This document shows, in pieces, positions 1 to 8,870 of a stretch of 52,179 nucleotides of DNA (within the stretch, counting starts at the first letter, position 1; every line of letters starts with the position of its first letter). The notes under the pieces were generated by a model. It had not been told where the DNA came from. It saw nothing but the letters and a program-made list of their open reading frames with translations, and did not search any database. A program made the position numbers and the translations under genes. The DNA is from a bacterium (lineage in GTDB: Bacteria > Zhuqueibacterota > Zhuqueibacteria > Oceanimicrobiales > Oceanimicrobiaceae), in contig JBHHXT010000011.1 in NCBI GenBank assembly GCA_046757165.1, positions 1 through 52,179 of the forward strand, read 5' to 3'.

Positions 1-57
1 CTGGGTCAGGAAGTACATGTCGATCGGGATGAAATCTACGCTGAACGAGGCTTATAG
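1..57 (+). CDS. 3' end of a probable antitoxin (partial, runs off the window)
   Basis: Frame 1 reads LGQEVHVDRDEIYAERGL*. The 'RDEIYxER' tail is typical of small antitoxins upstream of PIN toxins, and the stop overlaps the start of the next ORF. Confidence 0.55.
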   Translation: MGQEVHVDRDEIYAERGL

Positions 58-335
58 TGATTACACGACAGACCATCGAAAAACCCTTGACCTTAACGCA
101 AGCCGTCTTGGTTGTTGAAAAGTATCTCAAAGCTGGTGTTCCGATTATACATCCGCGGCCAACTCAACTTCAGACCTTTCTTGAGCTTGCAAGATCTACT
201 ACGACGCGGAAGAACACTTTTGACCTTTTTCTCGCGGCAACTCTAAAAGATAATGGTATTGAAGGCCTTTATACCGTCAACATCGATGACTTCAGGGGTT
301 TCGCATTCTTGAAGGTTGTGAATCCACTGGCTTGA
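57..335 (+). pseudogene. PIN/VapC toxin, N-terminally truncated
   Basis: C-terminal PIN motifs are present (FDLFLAATL, LYTVNIDDF, VVNPL). The N-terminal DTN strand and first helices are absent, and the ORF starts at an internal-looking 'VIT...EKPLT' segment. Confidence 0.65.
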
Positions 336-499
336 GACCCACAATCCGGCAATGGTCATTTTGCCAGCCCGGCGATTTTGGACGTTTTCGGTTGTCGTTT
401 GAATTGAATCTGCTTCACACTAATCATTGCCGCTATCTCCCTCCAACTCAGAATGTGCAGCCGCAAACACCGAAGGCGACTGCCCAAACTGCTCGCGAA
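335..499. repeat. Direct repeat copy A (~165 bp): duplicate of the hybrid kinase 3' end plus downstream DNA
   Basis: Aligns with 1471..1637 with 6 substitutions and a 2-bp indel by eye. The minus strand encodes REQFGQSPSVFAAAHSELEGDSGND*. Confidence 0.95.
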
Positions 500-538
500 T
501 TGATGTAATTGTTGCAACTCATAGCAACCTGTTTTGCC

Positions 539-568
539 TTGACTTTCTAAACGCTTAAGATGTATATT
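539..568 (+). promoter_or_regulatory. Putative sigma70 promoter of the TA module
   Basis: TTGACT-18 bp-TATATT, followed by a GGAGG RBS at 606-610 and ATG at 618. Confidence 0.5.
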
Positions 569-617
569 AATCTCTTAGTTGCAATTCTATTTCAGACTAC
601 AATGTGGAGGCAAAGCC

Positions 618-905
618 ATGAAGTATCAGGAAGTAATATCACAAGAAATCAACTTGCTGCCGGAAGCGCTTTTGCCTGAAGTCTTGGATTTTATACTCTT
701 TTTGAAGATCAAAGCGCAGACAGGCGATGATCAACTTTCGGCAAAAATCAAAGATCTTCTCTTCCAACAAGAGTTGAAATCGCTCTCTCAAGCTTATCGG
801 CAGCGGCTATCTAAAGAGGGAAAATTAGATCAAACTTCCGATGAGGTTTTAGCAGGGCTCAAGCGAACTCGCGAGGAGATAGCTGCGAATGAGTATCGGC
901 GATGA
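618..905 (+). CDS. DUF2281-like antitoxin
   Basis: 'EINLLPEALLPEVLDFILFLK' DUF2281-like N-terminus; RBS before ATG 618; overlaps the downstream PIN gene. Confidence 0.7.
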   Translation: MKYQEVISQEINLLPEALLPEVLDFILFLKIKAQTGDDQLSAKIKDLLFQQELKSLSQAYRQRLSKEGKLDQTSDEVLAGLKRTREEIAANEYRR

Positions 906-1323
906 GTTGATCGTAATAGATACGAATGTTTGGATATTGGGATTGAGAAACCAGCCGGATCAGGAGGATTGTCAGAAATTGTTGCACCGCTTGAATCGGC
1001 TAACTGTCATCATTCCATACCAGGTATTTCTGGAGTTACGAGATAATGTCAACCCTTACGAGTTGAATCGTTTTTTCCGCCTGATCAATTTTTATCCTAG
1101 CCGTATCGAACTTTCCTGGGAAAGGGCAAAACTCGGGCTGATTCGCAAGTACCAAAAACTTGGGTGCAAATTAGGAGATGCAGCAATTGCCGCCCATCTT
1201 GAAATGATGAATGTTAAGACGTTGGTTTCTGAGAATCGTGATTTTCTTGAGGAAATCAAGGGATTTCCCTTTCGCGTTTTGCGAGCTAAGGAAGCTTTGA
1301 AGGAACTCGGCGTAGTAGAATAA
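889..1323 (+). CDS. PIN-domain (VapC-like) toxin
   Basis: VIDTNVWI, QVFLEL, GDAAIAA and VSENRDF supply the acidic PIN tetrad; 144 aa. Confidence 0.85.
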   Translation: MSIGDELIVIDTNVWILGLRNQPDQEDCQKLLHRLNRLTVIIPYQVFLELRDNVNPYELNRFFRLINFYPSRIELSWERAKLGLIRKYQKLGCKLGDAAIAAHLEMMNVKTLVSENRDFLEEIKGFPFRVLRAKEALKELGVVE

Positions 1324-1470
1324 GTCAATTCAACTTACGGTGGTCAACTATTGTCAACTTGCACAACTGGCGGTCGTTGAATTTGACGGATGGCTAGAAC
1401 TGCCTTCAGCCGAAAACCAACAATTGTGCGCGGTTCTAAGTTCCCCTCCTGTCTCGACTTTTTTGAAACT

Positions 1471-1637
1471 AGACCCACAAGCCGGCAATGGTCATTTTGC
1501 CAGCCCGGCGATTTTGGACATGTTTTCGGTTGTCGTTTGAATTGAATGTGCTTCACACTAATCATTGCCGCTATCTCCCTCCAACTCAGAATGTGCAGCC
1601 CCGAACTCCGAAGGCGACTGCCCAAACTGCTCCCGAA
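1471..1637. repeat. Direct repeat copy B
   Basis: Matches 335..499 and includes the real stop codon of the hybrid kinase gene. Confidence 0.95.
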
Positions 1638-4600
1638 AGGCCTTGGCAAAATGGGAGAGGCTGTTGAAACCGACATCATAGCAGATTTCTGTCACCGTGC
1701 CGGCCTGGTGCTGCAACAGTTCGGCAGCGCGTTTCAGGCGGTAAACGCGGATGAATTCATGCGTGGAATGGTCGGTCAGTGCGTGCAGCTTGCGATGCAG
1801 TTGCGAGCGGCTCATGGCCACTTGCCGGGCAAACCGCTCTGTGCTGAATTCCGGGTCGGAGAGGTTCTGCTCGATGATATCCATCGCCTTTCGCAAGAAC
1901 TGCTCATCCATCGAAGTGACGGCAATCTCTTTTGGCTCCAAAATCGCTTCTTTGCGGAAGCGCTCGCGTAACTTGTGCCGCTGCGCGATGAGATTTTTCA
2001 CCCGCACCTGCAGCTCGCGCGCGTCAAACGGCTTGATGATGTAATCATCTGCACCGGTCTCCAAACCCTCGACTTTGCTCTCCCCACCAGCGCGGGCCGT
2101 GAGCAGGATGATCGGGATGTGGCTGGTGCGCTCATCGGTTTTCAATTTGCGGCAGAGTTCGTAGCCATTCATCTTCGGCATCATCACGTCGCTGATAATC
2201 AAATCTGGAATGGTGTCGACGGATCTTTCAAAGCCTTCCTCGCCGTCAACGGCTTCCATGATTTGATAGTTGCTCTCGAGGTAATCACGGATGTAGCTGC
2301 GCACATCGGCATTGTCTTCGACGATGAGCAGAAGGGGTGGGCCTTCAGAACCTTGCGAAGGTTTCAAACCTTCGCAAGGTTCTCCCACCACGGTTGCTCC
2401 TTCGCCAATGTCTTCGGAAGATGGTGCGGCTGTTCCCTCGATGGCAGAGTAAGATGGGGGGGGTTGCGCGATTATCTCCTCGGATTTGAGATGGTCTTTA
2501 CCGAGCGGCAGACGAACGGTGAAGGTGGTTCCCTTGCCCACTTCGCTGGCAACCTGGATTTCGCCATGATGCAGCTCGACCAGCTCTTTGGTCAGGGCCA
2601 GGCCAATACCGCTGCCTTCCTGCTCGCGCGTGTAAGTATCGTCGGCTTGATAGAAGCGGTCGAATATCCTCGTCACTTTTTCCGGCGCAATGCCAGCCCC
2701 GCTGTCGCTGACGGTGATTTGGACAAAGTCGGCGGTGGACACCCTCCTTGATCCCCCCTTGAGGTGGGAATCTTTGAAGTCCCCCTTTGAAGACTTTGAA
2801 GGGGGATTTAGGGGGATGTTCGTCTCCACTTCGACCGAGATTTCGCCCCCCTCCGGCGTGAATTTGAACGCGTTCGAGAGCAGGTTGGAAACGATTTTCT
2901 CCAACTTGTCCCGGTCGACATAGAGTGTCAAACCTTGCGAAGGTTCAGCCCCTTCGCAAGGTTGAGGCGGTTGAAAGCGCAGGGTAATCCGTTTGCGCTC
3001 GGCCAGCGATGAGAAAGAAAGCACGATGCCTTTCAGCAGTTGCACGATGTTTTCCGGCCGGGCCTCGAGACTCATGCTGCCCGCTTCCAGTTTGGAGAGG
3101 TCGAGCAGTTGGTTGATGAGCCGCAGCAGCCGCCGGCCGTTGCGCAGCATGATGCGGAACTGTTTTTTCACCGGCTCTTGAAACTTTTCCGAGAGCAGTT
3201 TTTCCAGCGGCCCCAGGATGAGCGTCAGCGGCGTGCGGAACTCGTGCGAAATGTTGGCAAAGAAGCGTGACTTCATGCGGTCGATTTCTTGCAGTTTTTC
3301 TGCATGGATATGCTCCAGCTCCAACTCCTGATTCAGCCGCGCCTGTTCGAGCTCTTGCTGCAAGGTCTTTTCCGAGAGCTCCTGTACCTGCACCAGTTTT
3401 GCTTCCAGGTTTTTGCTCGTCCAGGCGAAATTGCGCGCCAGAAAGATGGACATGGAAATCATCAGGATGAGCATGGCATAGAGAGGGGTTGGAAAGTCAT
3501 ACATGTCCCACGTCACCAACGGGACAATTGCCACGGGCTCCAGAGCCAACATGTAGTAAATGATGATGACTGCAAGCGGTACCAGGCCGAGTAAGATGAT
3601 CCAGCTCCCCTCATAAACCAACTTTTGTTTTCTTACGTGAGCCACGACAAAGACTCTTAGCATCTCCACAAAGGCAGCGACATAAAATATGAATCGATAG
3701 GGCGGCGCGAAAGGCCTGAACCAGTAAAAAACGGTAAGGCCAGCGCCAACAAAGCAGAAAAGCAGAAAGACCCGGGGCCGTCTGGGATAAACCACTGAAT
3801 AAGTGAACCGAAGACCGGATAGCATTAAGAGCGTGAACACGATGACGTAAAGGCGGGTAACCCGGATAAGGCTGTTTGGATCCGTAAAAAGAATTTCTGC
3901 ATTCCCCACTTGTCTTTGAAACATAAGATAGGGCAGGAAACTGAAACAACCGATCATGACAGCATAGTAAAGGTTAATGCGGGTCTTTGGGTAGAAGAAG
4001 AATAGCGTGAGGTGCAACAGGGCGAGCGCCAGGGAAGTGCCCATCAGGAACATCTGATGCAGGGTCAAATATGTTTTGCGGGTTTCTCGTTCAGCGATCA
4101 TTTGGTCCAAATCGCCGATGTTGAAGCCAAAGCCACGCCAATCACCCGGCCAAACAGGCGTTTCGAAGAAGAAACTCGAATACCGGAAAGCCACGATGTG
4201 CCGTGATTTGCCGGCGAGAGGGGGCGAAGGGGGACGAAAGGAGATGACACGCGGTGGGGAGTCTCCTAAGTGGGCGTGCTCTGTTTCTTTTGAATTGCCG
4301 ACCGTGCCGAATTGGTACAGGAGCTCACCATCCAAATAGAATTCAACCGCGCCTGCATAATTCATGGATAAACCCAGCGGTCGGTACCAGAGTGTGGAAT
4401 CGACTTCGTAGACAAATCGAAACCAGCCGATGCCCTGCCAGTCGTCGAGTGGAAAGCTGTGGCTGTCGACTCGCAGCCAATCGTTGTCGTCAAAGTCCGG
4501 TTGGGCCCAGTCCCGTCCTGCGGGATCACCGGCGTGGAAAGTATAGAATTTTGGGAAGACAATCTGCTCTTCTAGCTGTGCCCGGGCCAGTTGTGCCGGC

Positions 4601-4701
4601 AGAGCAAAAAAACCGCAGAAAAGAAAGGTCAGAATGTTGTACTTTTTATCCATGAGCGGAACCAGGGTCGGGCGTGTATCCCAGACCCAAAGAAAGGCCA
4701 T
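1558..4701 (-). CDS. Hybrid sensor histidine kinase/response regulator (sugar-binding-like periplasmic domain, 7TM, HisKA, HATPase, REC, AraC HTH)
   Basis: H-box FFANISHEFRTPLT, N-box NLLSNAFKFT, G-boxes DSGAGI and GSGIGL, REC ISDVMMP, AraC C-terminus VGFNSLSHFAKAFREQFG. Alternative start at 4653 (MDKKY plus signal peptide). Confidence 0.93.
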   Translation of the reverse strand: MAFLWVWDTRPTLVPLMDKKYNILTFLFCGFFALPAQLARAQLEEQIVFPKFYTFHAGDPAGRDWAQPDFDDNDWLRVDSHSFPLDDWQGIGWFRFVYEVDSTLWYRPLGLSMNYAGAVEFYLDGELLYQFGTVGNSKETEHAHLGDSPPRVISFRPPSPPLAGKSRHIVAFRYSSFFFETPVWPGDWRGFGFNIGDLDQMIAERETRKTYLTLHQMFLMGTSLALALLHLTLFFFYPKTRINLYYAVMIGCFSFLPYLMFQRQVGNAEILFTDPNSLIRVTRLYVIVFTLLMLSGLRFTYSVVYPRRPRVFLLFCFVGAGLTVFYWFRPFAPPYRFIFYVAAFVEMLRVFVVAHVRKQKLVYEGSWIILLGLVPLAVIIIYYMLALEPVAIVPLVTWDMYDFPTPLYAMLILMISMSIFLARNFAWTSKNLEAKLVQVQELSEKTLQQELEQARLNQELELEHIHAEKLQEIDRMKSRFFANISHEFRTPLTLILGPLEKLLSEKFQEPVKKQFRIMLRNGRRLLRLINQLLDLSKLEAGSMSLEARPENIVQLLKGIVLSFSSLAERKRITLRFQPPQPCEGAEPSQGLTLYVDRDKLEKIVSNLLSNAFKFTPEGGEISVEVETNIPLNPPSKSSKGDFKDSHLKGGSRRVSTADFVQITVSDSGAGIAPEKVTRIFDRFYQADDTYTREQEGSGIGLALTKELVELHHGEIQVASEVGKGTTFTVRLPLGKDHLKSEEIIAQPPPSYSAIEGTAAPSSEDIGEGATVVGEPCEGLKPSQGSEGPPLLLIVEDNADVRSYIRDYLESNYQIMEAVDGEEGFERSVDTIPDLIISDVMMPKMNGYELCRKLKTDERTSHIPIILLTARAGGESKVEGLETGADDYIIKPFDARELQVRVKNLIAQRHKLRERFRKEAILEPKEIAVTSMDEQFLRKAMDIIEQNLSDPEFSTERFARQVAMSRSQLHRKLHALTDHSTHEFIRVYRLKRAAELLQHQAGTVTEICYDVGFNSLSHFAKAFREQFGQSPSEFGAAHSELEGDSGND
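2347..2383. repeat. Perfect 37-bp palindrome (REP-like) inside the kinase CDS
   Basis: AGAACCTTGCGAAGGTTT-C-AAACCTTCGCAAGGTTCT; translated as EPCEGLKPSQGS. Confidence 0.9.
2741..2820. repeat. C-run/G-run palindromic element inside the kinase CDS
   Basis: Nested CCCCC/GGGGG arms; translated as NIPLNPPSKSSKGDFKDSHLKGGSRR within the HATPase domain. Confidence 0.75.
2931..2963. repeat. Second REP-like palindrome inside the kinase CDS
   Basis: AACCTTGCGAAGG-ttcagcc-CCTTCGCAAGGTT, the same arms as 2347..2383; translated as QPCEGAEPSQG. Confidence 0.9.
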
Positions 4702-4812
4702 CGCACAGCCTTATCCGACTGGAAATGAATATTATTAGGGGAGGTTAATTTCTTGAAACAAGATAGCCAATCCAGGAGGTCTTGTCAAGAAAAACAAACA
4801 ACAGCTTCTCAG

Positions 4813-4857
4813 CGAAGCAATCTTCGCTTCCTGCCCTGCCTCGGTAAGATTGCTTCG
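4813..4857. repeat. REP-like inverted repeat (CGAAGCAATCTT...AAGATTGCTTCG)
   Basis: 12-bp perfect arms around a 21-nt spacer. Confidence 0.7.
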
Positions 4858-4867
4858 TCGCCGTTAC

Positions 4868-4930
4868 GCCGGGTCGGACAGCTTTTGTTCGATGAACCTG
4901 CATGGCTTTTTGCAGGAATTGTCCATTCAC
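4868..4930 (-). pseudogene. Short relic paralogous to the REC-AraC linker of the hybrid kinase
   Basis: Reads VNGQFLQKAMQV, then after a +1 frameshift IEQKLSDP, versus MDEQFLRKAMDIIEQNLSDP in the intact gene. Confidence 0.6.
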
Positions 4931-5004
4931 AGAGAAGCGGGTTACCGAACGGATAGAAAAACTTTTGTCAAGTTTTGAATTTCCCTCAAGGAAAGGATAA
5001 CCGA

Positions 5005-5811
5005 CTAGACCTCGATCTTCGCCTCCGCCTCCAATTTGTAGCTGCCGCTAAAGTCCCGCGTGTAAACCCGCAGCGTGTAAATCCCCTTGTTGTCTGACCA
5101 TATGCGTTTGTTGACCCAATAGTAAGTCATCGTGGCATCGTCGCGTTGGGTGAACTTGTACTTGGGATTCCTTTTGTGACTGTCGAGGACAGTTTCCCCT
5201 TCAGATGTGATGTAAACCCACTCGAGGTAGTACACGATAGGCACGATACGGGCGGTTCTCGCCTCGATGGTGACCAGCCCGACCAGGGTCATGACGCCCT
5301 TTTTCTTGACGCCCCCAAACGGCTTCACCTGCATTGGCGCCAGCGGGTTGACCGATTCGACGATGCTGGCGCTCACTTTGTTGTGGGAAATCGGCTCCTG
5401 TTCTTCCTCAGGTTCACTCCCCGGGCTTAAGTCTTGTGCCGCGGTACTGGTGTCTTCTGGAGCTGGCGTGACAGGCTCTGGCTCCGGCTTATCGGAAGCG
5501 CTTTCTTCGGGCGCTGCCTCCTCAGGCCCGGGCGAAAGGTCCTTGCCTGCTATGGGTGGGCCCGAAGGCTGGACAACCGCGGGCCCGAAAAACGGCACGT
5601 GTACCAGAATCGCAATCAACAAAGCGAGGGGGCCGATCCATTTCAGCCGGCGCCGGGCGGGTTCCGGGAACTGCGGTACTCTGAGCATGCCGAAATCAAG
5701 CCCGGATACGTAGGGCGCAACGGCCAGAATAAAGCAAAACAGCAAAAGCGTGATACCGAACTGGGCAGGGAGACCAAGGTGCTCCAAGATGCTGTATGCT
5801 TCTGGACTCAT
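5005..5811 (-). CDS. Hypothetical membrane-anchored protein (2 TM, Pro/Glu-rich linker, C-terminal beta-rich domain)
   Basis: GGAGG RBS immediately upstream, two hydrophobic segments, and a linker with duplicated DLSPG. Confidence 0.75.
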   Translation of the reverse strand: MSPEAYSILEHLGLPAQFGITLLLFCFILAVAPYVSGLDFGMLRVPQFPEPARRRLKWIGPLALLIAILVHVPFFGPAVVQPSGPPIAGKDLSPGPEEAAPEESASDKPEPEPVTPAPEDTSTAAQDLSPGSEPEEEQEPISHNKVSASIVESVNPLAPMQVKPFGGVKKKGVMTLVGLVTIEARTARIVPIVYYLEWVYITSEGETVLDSHKRNPKYKFTQRDDATMTYYWVNKRIWSDNKGIYTLRVYTRDFSGSYKLEAEAKIEV

Positions 5812-6001
5812 CCTCCATGTCCTTTCTGAAAAGATGCGAACAGCAATTGTGCGACAAAGTGCGAATAATATCCATGATTGTCAAGTCTCTGGCCTGAAAA
5901 AACAAAAATGTGACATTATGTAGAGTGAGTCAAATAGTTGTCGCCATGCACGTATTAGTTGAATTCTGTTCACATTCTTTGTATCTTGGCCCAATGCAGC
6001 A

Positions 6002-6201
6002 AAGCTGCAAATGAATGGAACGCGGATTAAGCGGATAGAACGGATTTACACGGATCTGATTTTGGGTGAAAACCGAAAAATTCATGAGCCACACGATCCC
6101 TATTCCACTGACTTCGACACATTACGTGAATTATCATCAAGTCTAATCCGCCTAATCCGTGTTCCATTTTTTGCACTTTTTTGCAAAAGATGAGTGGTAA
6201 T
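6002..6201 (+). mobile_element. MITE-like repeat, copy 1
   Basis: Termini AATGGAACGCGGAT...ATCCGTGTTCCATT with ~9-bp periodic CGGAT units; homologous to 7412..7578 and 46515..46732. Confidence 0.85.
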
Positions 6202-6218
6202 AACCCTGGAGAACACGA

Positions 6219-7376
6219 GTGAATAGACACAAACTTCGACTGTTGATCGTGCTGGGCGCGATCGTGCTGACTTCGGTCGGATTCTTTTTCCTGAGGGATG
6301 GCGATGTCGGGGAGGCACAGGGCCGGGTTTTGAGATACAAGGAGCTGCCCGTGCGGCTCGGCACCTTCCTGATCAGGGTCTCGGCCAGCGGTGAGGTCAA
6401 ACCCATCGACCGCATCGAAATCAAATCAAAGGCGAGTGGTACGGTCGTAGAGCTGCCGGTAGAAGAGGGAGATACCATCAAAAAGGGCGACCTGATCGCC
6501 CGGCTCGATCAGAAAGATGAAAAGGCTGAATTCGAGCAGGCGCAGGCAAATCTCGACATCGCGCAAGCTGAGCTGAAACAGGCACAACGCCAGTTTGACC
6601 GTCGTGACCAGCTCTTCAAGAAGGGCTTGATTTCGGAAGAAGAGCTCGGCGAAATCGAGCTCAACCTGGCGGTGGCAAGGGGCAAGCTGGTGCAAGCCAG
6701 GACCGCTCTGGAGCGCGCCACAGAACGATTGGCTGAGGCCGTGGTGCGGGCACCCATCGACGGCATCATCCTGCAAAAGTATGTCGAGGAGGGACAGATC
6801 ATCGCTTCCGGGGTCAGCAACGTTAGCGGCGGCACGCCGATCGCCGACATCGCTGACATGAGCTCGGTGCACATCGAAGCCGGCGTGGATGAAATCGACA
6901 TCGGCAAGATTCGGGAAGGACAGAAGGCCACCGTGGTGGCAGAAGCGTATCCCCGCCTCGAGTTCAGAGGCAAGATCGTCCGCATCGCGCCGGAGGCCAT
7001 CGTTGAACAAAATGTGACGCGCTTCATCGTCATCGTTGAAGTGGAAAACACCGACGCCAAGTTGAAGTCTGGCATGAACGCAAACGTCGAAATTGTCATC
7101 GTAGAAAAGAGGAACGTCTTGCTGGCGCCAAGCCTGGCGTTTCAGGAGACGCCGGGGCGCCGGGCAAAGCCGAACAAGCGGAGTGTGTTGCTGAAACAGG
7201 GCGACGAGTTTGTTCGACATAAAGTAGAAATTGGACTGGCAGATTTCAAACAAACCGAAATCGTGGCGGGACTGAGCGAGGGCGATATTCTTGGCGTTCC
7301 CATGACCTCCCGCTTACAACAGGAAAACGAACGGCTGGAGCGAAGAATCCGAAGCAGCCGCAGTTTCGGGAAATAA
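6219..7376 (+). CDS. MacA-like efflux periplasmic adaptor (membrane fusion protein)
   Basis: N-terminal TM, IKSKASGTV...GDTIKKGDLIA lipoyl half, coiled coil, RAPIDGII, LKSGMNANV. Confidence 0.92.
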   Translation: MNRHKLRLLIVLGAIVLTSVGFFFLRDGDVGEAQGRVLRYKELPVRLGTFLIRVSASGEVKPIDRIEIKSKASGTVVELPVEEGDTIKKGDLIARLDQKDEKAEFEQAQANLDIAQAELKQAQRQFDRRDQLFKKGLISEEELGEIELNLAVARGKLVQARTALERATERLAEAVVRAPIDGIILQKYVEEGQIIASGVSNVSGGTPIADIADMSSVHIEAGVDEIDIGKIREGQKATVVAEAYPRLEFRGKIVRIAPEAIVEQNVTRFIVIVEVENTDAKLKSGMNANVEIVIVEKRNVLLAPSLAFQETPGRRAKPNKRSVLLKQGDEFVRHKVEIGLADFKQTEIVAGLSEGDILGVPMTSRLQQENERLERRIRSSRSFGK

Positions 7377-7411
7377 GGGACCGGGTGTTTATGACATTTA
7401 GCCTGAATAAG

Positions 7412-7578
7412 AATGGAACACGGATAAGACGGATTAGACTTGATCATAACTCACGGTATGTGTCGAAGTCAGTGGAACGGGGATCGTGTGGCTCATGATT
7501 CTTTTGGTTTTCACCCAAAATCAGATCCGCGTAAATCCGTTTTATCCGTTGAATCCGCGTTCCATTCATTTGCAGCTT
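7412..7578 (-). mobile_element. MITE-like repeat, copy 2 (inverted relative to copy 1)
   Basis: Reverse complement of 6002..6168 with scattered substitutions. Confidence 0.85.
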
Positions 7579-7585
7579 GATGATT

Positions 7586-7612
7586 TCTTTGTGTCTTAGT
7601 GCCTTCGTGGCA
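7586..7612. repeat. Half-element with short periodic repeats (CTTTGTGTCTTAGTGCCTTCGTGGC)
   Basis: Three ~8-9-bp periodic CTTnGTG units next to the MITE copy. Confidence 0.45.
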
Positions 7613-7662
7613 ACAATTTTTGAATAATCCAGGTTAGAAGGAAACACTCAAAGGAATAATCC

Positions 7663-8862
7663 ATGCTACTCTTCGAAAACACGCGCGTGGCGCTGCAAAG
7701 CTTGAAAACCAGTCCCTTGCGCACCATTCTCACCCTCATCGGCATCGCGGTGGGGATCGCTGCGGTGCTGTATGTCGTGGTCCTGGGCGAGATGACGCAG
7801 CGCAGAATCAACGAGCGGCTGGAGTCGCTTGGCTCGAACGTGCTCAGCATTCGCCCGGGGTTTTCCCGCATGCATGGCGTGCGAACGGGCTCGAATGTCG
7901 TCAATCTGACCTGGGAAGACGCCAGGGAGATCGAGACCGTCTCCGAAGTCATCACAACGACGGTGCCGTTTTTCTCCAGCCAGGCGGTGGCAGAGTACCG
8001 GGATAAGAACTGGAACACGCGCGTTTCCGGCACCACACCCGAAGACGAGATCGTCAACAATGACAAACCCATCGAGGGACGGTTCTTTACCCACAGTGAG
8101 CTGACGCAACGCGCCCGTGTGTGCGTGCTGGGCGCAACCGTGCACCAGGAGCTTTTCGGCGACGACTCCCCGATCGGCGAGTCGATTCTCATCAATTCCA
8201 AGCGCTTTGAAGTCGTGGGCCTTTTGGGAGCAAAAGGGGAAGGCTGGTGGAATCCCGACGACCAGATTTTCATGCCGCTGACCACGGCACAGGAGCGGCT
8301 GTTCGGGGTTGACTTCCTGAATACCATCTATGCGCAAATGCATTCTGTCAACGACTATGACGAGGCGCTGTTTGACATTGAAGCCATTGTTCGGCGCAAC
8401 CACCGCTTGCGCCCGGAGCAGAACAATGATTTCCGCGTGCGCCGGCAGGATTTTTTTCTGTCCACCATTCAGGACACCAACGAGGAAATCGCCAACTTTA
8501 TCATCGTGATCGCCCTGGTGTCGCTCTTTGTCGGTGGCATCGGCATTGCGAATATCATGCTGGTTTCTGTCACCGAGCGCATTCGCGAGATCGGCATCCG
8601 GCGCGCCATCGGCGCCAAGAAAATCTACATCGTCCTGCAGTTCCTGACCGAGGCCGCCTTGCTCGGCTTGTTCGGCGGCTTGTTGGGAATTGTGGGCGGG
8701 ATGGTTTTCAATCAGATCAAAATCGGCGAAGAGCTGATTCTCCCCTGGCTGTGGATTGGCTACAGCTTCATGATCTGCGCCGGAATTGGCATGGTTGCGG
8801 GAGTGTACCCGGCGGTACGCGCGGCGAACGCGGATGTCATCGAGGCGCTCAGGTATGAATAG
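7663..8862 (+). CDS. MacB/FtsX-family ABC transporter permease
   Basis: [45 protein letters not shown]-terminal EALRYE. Confidence 0.95.
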   Translation: MLLFENTRVALQSLKTSPLRTILTLIGIAVGIAAVLYVVVLGEMTQRRINERLESLGSNVLSIRPGFSRMHGVRTGSNVVNLTWEDAREIETVSEVITTTVPFFSSQAVAEYRDKNWNTRVSGTTPEDEIVNNDKPIEGRFFTHSELTQRARVCVLGATVHQELFGDDSPIGESILINSKRFEVVGLLGAKGEGWWNPDDQIFMPLTTAQERLFGVDFLNTIYAQMHSVNDYDEALFDIEAIVRRNHRLRPEQNNDFRVRRQDFFLSTIQDTNEEIANFIIVIALVSLFVGGIGIANIMLVSVTERIREIGIRRAIGAKKIYIVLQFLTEAALLGLFGGLLGIVGGMVFNQIKIGEELILPWLWIGYSFMICAGIGMVAGVYPAVRAANADVIEALRYE

Positions 8863-8870
8863 AGAATATT

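Noticed and set aside
6002..6168. Periodic CGGAT units as a possible CRISPR array
   Set aside because: Units are about 9 bp with no unique spacers, and no cas genes are present.
6011..6193. 60-aa ORF MNGTRIKRIERIYTD..., and the similar ORF at 7444..7647
   Set aside because: These are translations of the MITE-like repeat; the periodic sequence explains the peptide and the frames end differently between copies.
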